Assembly: GCA_051294905.1 (NCBI GenBank)
Contig: CM119371.1
Coordinates: forward strand, 11,038,001-11,102,000
DNA from: Botryllus schlosseri
Taxonomy: Eukaryota
Reading direction: 5' to 3'
DNA: 64,000 nucleotides
Positions 53,302 to 64,000 of the stretch are shown here, piece by piece (within the stretch, counting starts at the first letter, position 1; the number at the start of each line of letters is the position of its first letter). The notes beneath the pieces were generated by a model. It ran no database searches and was not told the origin of the DNA. It saw only the letters and a list, made by a program, of their open reading frames with translations. A program made the translations under genes and the position numbers.

Positions 53302-55015
53302 CAATGTTCCCCCTAATTTTTCATGAGTCTGCGCAAACACGTCAACTTACTGCGCAGGCCCATGAACAACAGTGCGCAACCAGGCCCCTATATGGTGATA
53401 ACCCGATCTTCTGGGGGCTTCGCCCCCCCAGACCCCCCTCGGCACCTACCTTTTTTGCCGCAACCTATCATCTACATTGGGTGTCCTTTAGTGGGTGTGT
53501 AGCCTAGACGCGCGAAAATTTTATATAATTCATGATTGAATCGGTCAATATGATCGGGAATTACATATATATTGCTATTAATACTTATCCTCTCTCTGCT
53601 CACGTAATCAGATTTACCGGTAGAGCTGATCGAGTGAAGTGTGTTCGAAAAGGTAGGACCCCTAAATAATAATCAAACATCTTCGGGCGTACCCTTTGGT
53701 ATAAGGACTTCGTGTCCTCCTATCTGCTGTGTCAGAAGATATTGAAATTACCCAAACGTACTAAACTAAGACGTACACGGTTTCAAATTGTCATTTCTTC
53801 TTTGAAAAAGTTGCATCAATTTCCAAAAAAATACTCCATGATTCATGTTTATTCACGAAATAATTTTGGCTTCCCTTTGAGATCGGGTCCCCCAATTGCG
53901 GGGTTTGGGGTGCAGCAGTTAGGGTCCTGTGCGTAACCCAGACGTGCGTGCATCCATTCGAGTCACATGATTCATTGATAGAATCAAAGTACAGCATTAA
54001 CATTTAGTTTTATTGCATGACACCAGATAATCACATTATGAGTGAAGAAGGGGAACTACGCTCTAAACATGATGTGGTCTCGACTTGAAGTTAAGCCATT
54101 GAGGACATTTATTTTCAGAAAGCCACCGCGTTTAAATATTTTCGAGTATGCACCATAACACACGTGCGACTCTGTGGTGTCGCAAAGGGTTAAGAAGCAT
54201 TCACGCGCAATGGCGATAAACCTCGACCTCATGGATATCCCACTTGTGCTTTGGTGCATATTTTGAGGGTGATTTGGCTTCAGTGCGAGTGCGGTGGCTT
54301 TCCGAAGAAAATGTATCCTATTCTTTTCCATATTTTGCTTCTAGACATATTTTGCAGAGCAGACCTTACATTGTTTTCTTCCGTTTTCACATGCTCCGAC
54401 AACCATTTCATGTTAAACGAATCGCACTTATTTGTTAATTTGGCTTGCATATTATCCTATGTCACCATACGTGATCAGATCCGCCTGATGGAGGCGATGA
54501 CTTCGAAAATTCACGGCATGTAATTGTACAGTAAATCTTACGCAATGTTCATGCCACGCGGAAAAGACTATTCGTTAGTTTCTCGCAGATTAACCTTGAG
54601 CTAGCCCATTGTTATTTATAACTTTGTTAAACCATGTTATATCGCCATTCCCAGAAAAGATTGCGCAATTGAAATGAAATCAGTATCGCTCACGTGTACG
54701 AGACCATACTAAAAGAAAAATCTCGTTCGTGAGGCGCACGTGATTGCAGATTCTCAATTCTTCACGGAGCGCAATATCTACCTTTGCGGGCAGCACTTGT
54801 ACTTCGGCTTCAGACTTCAGCGATAGCACTATTTTCCCCTGGCTATATTCCCTATAATTTTTCTGCGCGCCTGCGCGGTCCCTTTGACAACAGTGCGCAA
54901 CGACTGAAAAAAAATTATCACTTCGGATTTTTTGTGCGCAGCCTAGATTTTCTGGGCGCAGAGACCGTTTCAGCACTGCGCATTTGCGCACGTGCGCAGC
55001 TTAGAGGGAACATTG
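53302..55015. mobile_element. hAT-type element with TGCGCA repeats
   Basis: TIR caatgttccc / gggaacattg, perfect TSD GATGTCAG. Confidence 0.92.
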
Positions 55016-55225
55016 GATGTCAGTATGGTATTATTATTCTTATTGTCACTATAAAAATACAAACCAAACTGGAAATTTCGTGAGTAAGTATAAATTCATA
55101 TTAATACTGGAGGGAAATGCCACGCCAATTTGCAAGCGCGTGCGACTATATGGCAAGAAATTTTATTTTTAGTTGAATATGATACTTTTGGACGATTTCA
55201 ATTACTTATGCCTAGTGCGATATTT

Positions 55226-55293
55226 GACTCGAACTCGAACCCGCACCCATTGGTGTTGCAGCCGCGGATTATACCACTGCGCTATCTCGCCAC
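55226..55293 (-). mobile_element. SINE family 1 head
   Basis: Reverse complement gtggcgagatagcgcagtggtataatccgcggctgcaacaccaatgggtgcgggttcgagttcg is nearly identical to 43-105. Confidence 0.85.
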
Positions 55294-55919
55294 ACAAAAA
55301 ACAGCATATGTCTAGTCTACATGCACTTAGTCAAGCATTCAAGGAATAGGTCACTAGGACTTGCAGTCTTTCTTAATCAGTTGTTCGACCCAAGCAGCTA
55401 AGCTACACTACAAATATTTTTAATTTTGTCAAGTGGGAAGGAGTATTCGGTTACATTTACATCAATTTTACAACCAGACGATATGTTTGCTCTGTCACAA
55501 TAACTTGGCATAATTCCAAAAATCGCATCAATTTGTGACTGCATCACGCATATTGCTTCTTTTCTTCCTCTATGCAACTGAATTGTAATTTGCCTATATT
55601 CTCGAATTCTATTTATGTCAGGGGTGGCCAACTTTTTCGGCCAAAGGGCAACATGAGATTTACGAACCAATTGAATGTTGATAACATTTTTTTAGTCGAC
55701 CGATAGGGATGAACCGAATTAGGCAACAATGAAAACAAGACTTACATGACTTCGCTTTAAAATTGATTACAATTATGTCATGAAAACTCCGTGTGCAACT
55801 GTACAGTGTGCACTGTGCAGTCGTGCCTTGGTCCCGCGAAGTACAAAATTTTCTCAAAGGTAATGAATGAATTCGATCAATAAATATATATATTACTTGC
55901 ATATATTGAGGGTATAGCC

Positions 55920-56629
55920 CAGGGGTGGCCAACCTTTTTGGCCAAAGGGCCACATTCAATTGACGAACCAGCGCGCGGGCGACTAGCTGCGCTCAGCGCG
56001 AACATTTTTTCAAAGTGATTAAGGTAAATAACATTGTTACTTGAGTATATTGCGGGTCTGCTGTATATCGCTTGGCTAAGTTCGCAAGGATTTGACTATT
56101 CGGCCCCTGGACATATCGATATCGAAAGCTTCGGTCAACATGTGTCAATCATTTTGTGCCTATTGGTTTCGTCGTCGACGGTGTTTCTGCGAGCGCAAAC
56201 GTACGATCGCATGTTGGACGACATTTTCTCTCGTAATTGCAAATATAGTTACACTCTATCTGGTACCTAGGCTCCTCCTCGCCCCCTCATCCGCGTCAGC
56301 GGTGTCTTACAAAAAGCCTAGAGGTGGGCCGTGCTATAAGTCGGCAGTTACAGAAAAATAAGAAGAATATCGGCCTGGTGTAAATGACCATAGTAGTCGA
56401 CAAACACCATGAATACCCCACAAACACACAAACAAACAAACTCGATCTGGTAAATTATGCGTTCTTTCATTTCCAGGGAGGGGGTGGAACAATATATTAG
56501 AAGCAAGAAATCGAGTGACATCATATTACAGGAAGAAAATTTTCACTTTGGATAAATCTACCGCAGGATATTCTCAAAATCATTTCGCGGGCCGAATGTG
56601 GCCCGCGGGCCACGGGTTGGCCGGCCCTG
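55920..56629. mobile_element. Charlie-like MITE carrying a SINE insertion
   Basis: TIR caggggtggccaacc / ggttggccggccctg; inverted sister copy at 56781-57360. Confidence 0.85.
56266..56440 (+). mobile_element. 5'-truncated SINE family 1 copy
   Basis: Body and tail match 155-317, TSD ctctatctggta / ctcgatctggta. The empty site is visible in the sister MITE at ~57020-57032. Confidence 0.9.
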
Positions 56630-56780
56630 ACCTAAAGCTACCATTTTGACAAAATTTTGGATTATTTTGACATGTCGAAAATTGCCCCACCTATGACTAT
56701 ATAGGCTACGAGCGGTCGTGAAATACCAACATGGAGCAGATTAACGTACCAGTACCGACAAAATATGTATAATTATACGG

Positions 56781-57360
56781 CAGGGCCGGCCAACCCGTGG
56801 CCCGCGAGAAAGTTTTGAGCGGCCCGCTAGGTAATTTCCGAAATTGGTAATATGATCAAAAATGGATTGCACAGATTTTTTACTACAATAAAGCAGAATA
56901 ACTTGGAATGGATTTACCAAAAGTAAAAATTTTCTACACGCTTCGCGCAACATGTTGTCACTTGATTTCTTGCTTTTAATATTGTTAGCCGTTTGTGAAA
57001 ATGAAAGAACGCCTAATGTATCAGATTGAGTCTACTATATTCGCAATTACGAGACAAAGTGTCGTGCAACATATGCGACTTTGCGTTTGCGCTCGCAGAA
57101 AGACTGTCGACTATTAATCCTAGGCACAAAATGATTGACGCATGTTGATCGAAGCTTTCGAAATTGATATGTCCAGGTGCCGAAAAGTTCAGTCCTTGCA
57201 AACTGAGCCCAGCGATATACAACAGGTCCGCAATATAGTCAAGTGACAATATTATTGAGCTATGAACTTCGAAAAATTTTCTCACTTTGCGTGGCTAGTG
57301 ACCCGCGCAATATTTGGTCAATCGCATGTAGCCATTTGGCGAAAAAGTTGACCACCCCTG
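56781..57360. mobile_element. Charlie-like MITE, inverted sister copy
   Basis: TIR cagggccggccaac / gttgaccacccctg, TSD ttatacgg / ttgtacgg. Confidence 0.85.
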
Positions 57361-57821
57361 TTGTACGGGCATTCGATTTTCGCAGTAGAAACCGCTCTAC
57401 AGGTAAATCTGATAAATTGGACTGAGAGAGGATGAACAAATATAGCAGTATATGTCAATAACAACTACACAGTTAAAATGCAATGCTGAATTGGGTATTA
57501 TTTTCGCGCAAAACAAGTAAACACTGACCCAACAAGGTTAGAACATCCTTTTCTAGTAGTAGTGAGTGTTGTGCTGACAAAGTACTGCTGATTGATGATA
57601 ATTATTTTTTTAACCAGCCTGGTCATAACATTCATTGGATTCTATGATATACGCCCGGCCTTGATTTCGCGATTTTCAGTGTGAAGTAACCATAGGAATG
57701 ATGATTCTCAATATTAAAATAATTCATTTTAGTACTCATAAAACCAAGATGGATGTCCTTACAGTGGAGTAACTCAATGTAAAGCCGCCTGAGTTCCTAT
57801 TGATAATGTTTTTATTTTGAT

Positions 57822-58071
57822 TTACTGATGTCCGTATAATATGTTTTCCTTCATGACAGTGCCATTAGCACGATTCGCCAATGGCTCGTCTGCTAAGGAG
57901 TACGCACTATCCGACGGACACGGATTTGCGTCATCTGTCACGTCAGCGAATAAATACGCATCGTTTTTTCGTTCAATAGGCGCATCATCCGTCACTTCCG
58001 CGTACGTTGCATGTTCTTCGTGCAGTGGATTTTGTCTGCTTTCTTGGATGACTCGGTTCTGACTACTTTTT
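57822..58071 (-). CDS. Receptor gene B, last exon (cytoplasmic tail with Tyr motifs)
   Basis: Acceptor atttttcag, phase 2, 250 nt to the stop like gene A. Reads KSSQNRVIQE...HATYAEVTDDAP...DAYLFADVTDDA...DSAYSLADEP...VMKENILYGHQ*. Confidence 0.85.
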
Positions 58072-58481
58072 CTGAAAAATACGCGAAAGGTACCTCCTTC
58101 ATACATTCATTTGACATTTTCACGTTGTTTTGAAGCTCAATAGTCGAATCAGATTCATTCATTCGGAGCACTCCTTAATATCATCTGTATCAATCAAAGC
58201 TTCTTAGCGAATACCATTAATGTCATCCCACATTCATACGTGCATTTTAATAGTAGCTCGGTTACAGCAATCAAGGAGAATTTAAATTTAGTATACAAAA
58301 ATAATTGGTACTGATTTTTAGTGTAGCATGGACGTGTTTTCCTGAGGATATAAAATATTTGTGTGGTGTTGAAGGATTTCAAATTGCCAACTTTCGAGAT
58401 CCATCGATGCATATATATCAGGGAGAAAAGATATGTAATGAAACATTTTCTAGAATATCAACTACTACAAATTATACTTAC

Positions 58482-58578
58482 TTTTTAAACACCATGACAG
58501 CAGCTGCCACTAACAACAGAGTCGCGGCTAGAACACATGCAACTATAACTCCTGAACTAAGCGGCGATGCGTCGAGAT
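58482..58578 (-). CDS. Receptor gene B, transmembrane exon
   Basis: tttttccag|...|gtaagt, 97 nt, phase 1/2. Reads (D)LDASPLSSGVIVACVLAATLLLVAAAVMVFK(K). Confidence 0.87.
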
Positions 58579-59737
58579 CTGGAAAAATTCAATGATTAGC
58601 CTTCGTATCGTTTGGCATAGGATATTGCAGCTACATCAGGCTGGTGTGCCAGCTGAGTCACGGGAATGCGGACACTCATAACCGAGCTGTATCCATAGAT
58701 TAGAATTCGAAATGGATCAATAAAGTTTCATGATTACGATGAATCCAGGTGATTTGACCACATATTCGTTGATATATAATAGCGAAGTTGAAGCAATGCG
58801 TTACAGTCAAATTCCCTGTAATATTTGGTCTGATTAGAATTGCTTTTGTTCTATGTAAATTATCGTTCTTGAGGATTGATGAAGTACCCAAAAAGTCGGC
58901 GCGGCGCCTCTTTGGGAAATTGGACTCTAGCTACCAAAATAGCGACTTGGAAAATAAGAGTAAATGTCGGAACTATGAAGTATGGACAGCTGTAATAAAA
59001 ATTATTCAATGAGTTATCAAACCAACAAATAAATCATGAATATATTTGTTTGTTAGCAGGCGAGGTCTACTGCTGAGCACCAGTCCCGAAAACACACATT
59101 AAAGCGCTTACAACATAAACGCTTACTTCACCACCACGAACTATCATGGCGGTAATTGAGAACTGCCATGCACGATATTATTCCTTGATTGTGTCTGTTT
59201 AGAACTTTCCGCATCGCCGAGACTCTGGCATCGCCTGTATAGTTCATCTCATTGCTTGCGTACGTGGCTCATGCGCGAATCGGGTTAAAATCTGCCTTGT
59301 TTGATATCAATCGCTCTGTGCAGATTAATTTGGCATGATCAGATTTGCTATGATTCTTCGACTGGCGACAGCTTGATACCAATAACACAGGCATATTTGA
59401 TGGCGGTGTGTATCAAACATCTACAAAGCCTTCACAAAGGGATACTGGAAAGATTCCCCGTGCAATGCCATTATGGTTAGTTAACTGATAAAACATAACT
59501 GTAAGTTTTTTTTTCGGGTATAATATGTTTATCAAATATTGATAACATAGCCAAGCAATTTTAATTTCAAACCAATGTTCCGTACTCATTGTCGTATTCT
59601 TTCAAGAGACCGAGTCGAACTAAAGACGTTATTGATGGTTTTAAATATTATACTGTCACCAACTTTGACCATTACACTTGGCAACGTGCCCTTAAAGTGC
59701 CACGGTCTCGCCACTGGAAAGCGAGTATAATCTACAG

Positions 59738-60917
59738 CAGAGGTCTCAAACTCAAGTGTGCTCGCGGGCCAGTTTTCCAGTTTTGACGACGCCGCGGGCC
59801 GCAGCATTTATAGGGGTATTCTATGTCTTTCCAAGTAGGCCTTATTTGACGGGAATGAATTGTCCTATTGTAAGTGAGCCGATCCAGCAGACTGACAGTA
59901 AACACACATCGCCAAAATGTGATTTACTCTTGTATTAATTTAGGCCTTGCATGAAAAGAATCATCACATTTATAACTATTTGAATAGAATTGTTGTTGTA
60001 CTTGATATAGCCTATATTAATCATAAGATATAGACACCATATGGGCGTACAAATGTATGATGCCATCATAAAGCTATCGGGTTATTATTTTGCAGCTATT
60101 ATTAAATATTTTGAATAACATATTGATAATAGAGACTGATCTGATATCAAAACATTTTCAGGTTGAGCTGTAATTTCAATCCAGGATTCGGGTATACTTC
60201 TGATAAGTGGGCTAATAATCTCATGGCCAAATATCTTCAAATATAGGAATAGAAAAAATATAAATATAATATAAATATATTATTGAATGTGTCCTAGTGT
60301 TTGAAATGTCGGAACGCCGGACGCCCCATTGTTGTTACATCGTTGGAGCGTAGGCTACCACTACGGTACTCGGTACCTTTAAGTGGTCTTAATATCATGG
60401 TTTAGAAACCAAAGATGTAACAAACAGATTGCCAATGGTTGCCATAACTATTTGCTTGGTTAGCGAAATACCAATCTGCCATCTTCTGATCTATTACTAT
60501 TCCCCTGATACGCGATTAGTTTGTTGCGTCGATGGTTTTAACAAATTCACGTCAATCCGTGTCAATCCGAGTCCACTCGAGTCACTTTCATTTTGCCCCC
60601 GTGTTAGCCCGGGACTGACTAATTCTAAGAAAAGTTGCGTCCAAGTCAAACTTACAAATTTCAGTCACAAATCGTCTATAAGGGTCAGGTTTTGTCATCA
60701 TGAATTGAAAATGTGGCGAAATAGTGAATTCTCCACTGCATATGGTAGCGTTTGCAATTGATGTCATAGTGAAGTTTGCTGAATAGTTTCAGGCTTTCGG
60801 AGCAATTTAAGAGGAAATTTTCAGGTTATAACCTGAAAAGATGTATGTGACACTTATATATTGTCAAATTGATAAAAATCTAAAATGTCGTCGCGGGCCG
60901 CGTGTTTGAGACCTCTG
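59738..60917. mobile_element. CAGAGGTCTC-family hAT MITE, simplest form
   Basis: Same TIRs as the composite copies, TSD atctacag / atatacag. Lacks the inner MITE and the LINE. Confidence 0.9.
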
Positions 60918-63900
60918 ATATACAGGATGTTTTCAAAGTGGTTTAAATCACGGCTTATTCAAACTGAAAGCAATCTCACGAGGATGGTGACATTTGGACT
61001 GGCATCATTCGCAAGATTGAACTCAAGCTGTGTTGTGTAACTAAAAGTGCTTTGCACTGTTTCACCAAGGAGTGACTTTAGCAACACTGCTATGACACCC
61101 ATTGAGACAAGTTAAAGTTCAGACTATGCGTTTTCAGGTGTCGGATTTTCAGTTGCGTTCCTATCATCGATTTCAATGCAAACGCATTGTGTGGAACTGT
61201 ACGGGCGGAGTAAGTTCAGCAGAGAAGTCACCAAGGCAGTTTGTATGCGCAGTAACTATACCGATTTTTTTTGTTGAATTTGGTGCGGGTGGTACCTGTT
61301 TCATTACCCAGTGCGGAACGCCGAAAGCACAAATATTCGCTGAGGCATATACACAAAAATCCAACACAATGTGCATTAACACATCCGACAACACATAGTA
61401 TACCTAACTACAGATTAATGGTGCAGAAAATGAACTGTACATCAACAGAGTCCTAAGAGAATGAAATCATTGAAATATAATTATACACGAAAAGAAAATA
61501 TTATAGTGAATATTTTTCCAATCAGTGGGACTTCTGATGTTTCCTTTCATATACCAGTCCCGAAGTGCGAGGCTTCACCTTGAAATGGGTCGTGGTATTG
61601 TTCGGTCGGAACAACTCAGCAGGATACCAATTGCTTAATTGGAAATATACTTATAAATATTGGAGATGGAAACGGCGACTCAGTAGGACACGGTTCTGAT
61701 TGTGAACCCGAAGGTACCCTGCGTACGCCACTGTCCCAAGATCTATACCACCACTACAGTCGCAATTTGACTACTTATCGGGCCTGATTATCTGCAACCA
61801 ATGGTTGCCAAGACGGGCGTGTTAATCATATGTATGAGTTGCGGGTGTTTTGACCTGCAGGGAACCAGCTAACATGGCTCAGAAATCCCTGGTGTTCTGC
61901 GAAACACCGGTTATGAAACACGGATACAGCGTAACACATAACACCATTGAACGCGGTTATCTTTGATCCCGTTGTTAATATTCCGGTAGACGCTGGAATA
62001 TAATCTGAGATCGATGTCAGGTATGAAATGTCTTAATATACTTCAAGAGTGCTGGGATAATAATACCTTATATTCGTGGCCAATCAGTAGAAAAACCGAT
62101 TTACGAATTACCAAAAGATGAGCTAGGGAAACAAACTGAATATATGGAGCAGTGTTTATCAACCTTTGTGACGGTCTGCACTTGTGTGAATGAAAAGAAA
62201 TCACAGTGTGAATGACGAAGGTGGTGCTAATGGTGCGAATGAAAAATCTGGTTGAGTGCGAATGAAAATTGTGAATGATTGTTAATTTCTCTGCCGTGGA
62301 ATAATTCAAATACACCTAATAGTAAGGGCAGTGTACCTGTTGTAGTTGAGACGCAAAAACTTGTTCAACTCACGACGAACCACTAATCGTAGCTCTCACA
62401 AGCCGTAGTGAATTAATATTTTGGCACTATAAATATTACGTAACGAAAAGCCTGGTTTGTAAGCTGGTGTAGTGGCAGATATACAGTATATCAGTCCGTC
62501 TGAGCCTGCTACTGGCTGAAAAAATGTCGTTAAATTGACTTTCTGCTTTCTTTTGCTAAACAATCATAATATTTTCGTACCATCAATACAGGCTCACATT
62601 TGTAAGCTACTGTACCGCGAATTTGTACAATTCAAGGTTTATTAAAGTATGGACCACAAAGGGTATTATTTTGGGTCGATACGGTGCCAAAGCTATCTGT
62701 TAATGTGTATATAACATTTGGTGAATTTATTGCAAAAAATCCGGGGATACTTTTCACATATCGAAGGCCACTGTGTTGGGTACTGTAGCCACTTAGCGAG
62801 ACACGCACGAAAGATGGCTTTATCATGAGAATTCATGACAAGATTTGCCCGACCGGTTTTTCTGGAAAACATGGTCGAAGACAGCTGGATGAACGACTGT
62901 AGGGTTGTGCAACATCCAAGGTCAGGCCTATGACACTCATTCATTTCGAAGCCAAACCCTTCTGCGTCGGGGCACATGAAGACGTCAAGTTTTGGCCAAA
63001 AACCGCTGATAAAATGCGGAGTCAAAACATAAGCAGCGACAAAACGTTGACCAAAAATGACATATGCTGGATGGCCAAACCTTTCGATATGGATATGCTA
63101 CGTTGTCGGCACGGAATAGTCCTTGAAATCTGAGAAGACAGTAGTACAATTGTCACACGCAGAAGAATTTAATTCAAGCTAATTTGAAATCGCGTGCGTC
63201 TAACATATTTTGTAGAGCTTTATTGGGTAGAATTGTGGTGCGCGCGTTCTGTATGTCATACATTCCCGTAAAATCGTAGCATACTACTGTAATAATAAAA
63301 CGAAGTCCTTTTTGTGGGTGAGGCTCGGGTCGCGAGTTGCCACAAAAACTCAGATTTTGGTGGTACTCTGAAAAGCTGCTTCACCGTTATTTAGCTGTTA
63401 TGAATTCTCAAGTTAGATTAAGCTAAAGAGCAGAACGCACAGTATCGTGAGTTTATTTGCTCTTCTCATATTCTCGCGAGACAGAAAATGAGAAATCGAA
63501 AAAAACAAACCAGTCGGAGCAACGTATCGTAAGGTAGCGAGCTCTAATGTGCCTACTCTCCTTGGTCGTTTTGAAACTTATTTTCCAAGACATAAGGCAA
63601 TAGCCTCAACACAAACATGTGGTTTTTCACCCTTTCGACGTACTGGAGCCTCCGGGACCTTTGTGTCAGCTTTAAAAAAGTATTTCTACCAGCAGGCATT
63701 TTTACCTCGCCAAAATACGCTGTATTTGTTATAGAAAGGCAGAACACATTTTAAAATCTGGCCATCCAAGCACTAGCAGTAATTTTTGTTCAAAACCCAA
63801 CAACTTGGTTGGCTGACAAGGGTTTTAGTGAAATATTTGAAATCAAAACGAGCAAAAAAAGTTTCCTCAAGAATGAGATAGTTGATTGCTTCTGCTACAT

Positions 63901-64000
63901 AGTAGTCAAGTTGTTGGACATCTGAACAAAACGATGTTAAGTATCTTTATCTTCATTTTGCATAACAATTTTCGGTTAGTTTGTGCGAATGAAATTTATT

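Noticed and set aside
59000..63200. Upstream exons of gene B (candidates near 59590-59713, 61545-61615, 62690-62860)
   Set aside because: None combined good splice sites, the correct phase and similarity to gene A. They may be too divergent or lie beyond the window.

Overview
Eukaryotic, AT-rich animal DNA with spliceosomal introns. An ascidian or other marine invertebrate is my impression only; the sequence does not prove it. Most of the window is densely nested transposable elements. These include non-autonomous hAT-type MITEs, many with readable 8-bp TSDs, tRNA-derived SINEs, a 5'-truncated RNase H-bearing LINE, a Penelope GIY-YIG remnant, a hAT transposase remnant, a 1.6-kb foldback and a U6 snRNA pseudogene. 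Between the repeats lie small phase-compatible GT-AG exons of a minus-strand cluster of single-pass type I membrane receptor-like genes. Gene A has at least 5 good exons (16698-28565) plus two weaker 5' candidates. Gene B shows its last two exons (57822-58578), and decayed relatives sit near 11.2 kb and 3.5 kb. Gene A has an S/T-rich stalk; A and B share a TM exon and a tail with conserved TYAxVTDDAP, DxxYxxAD and MKENxLYG tyrosine motifs. Other highlights: a SINE family and a LINE fragment share a 3' tail, and a composite hAT carrying LINE cargo inserted twice in opposite orientation 731 bp apart. Almost all ORFs in the supplied track are spurious. All coordinates were read by eye, with no database searches.
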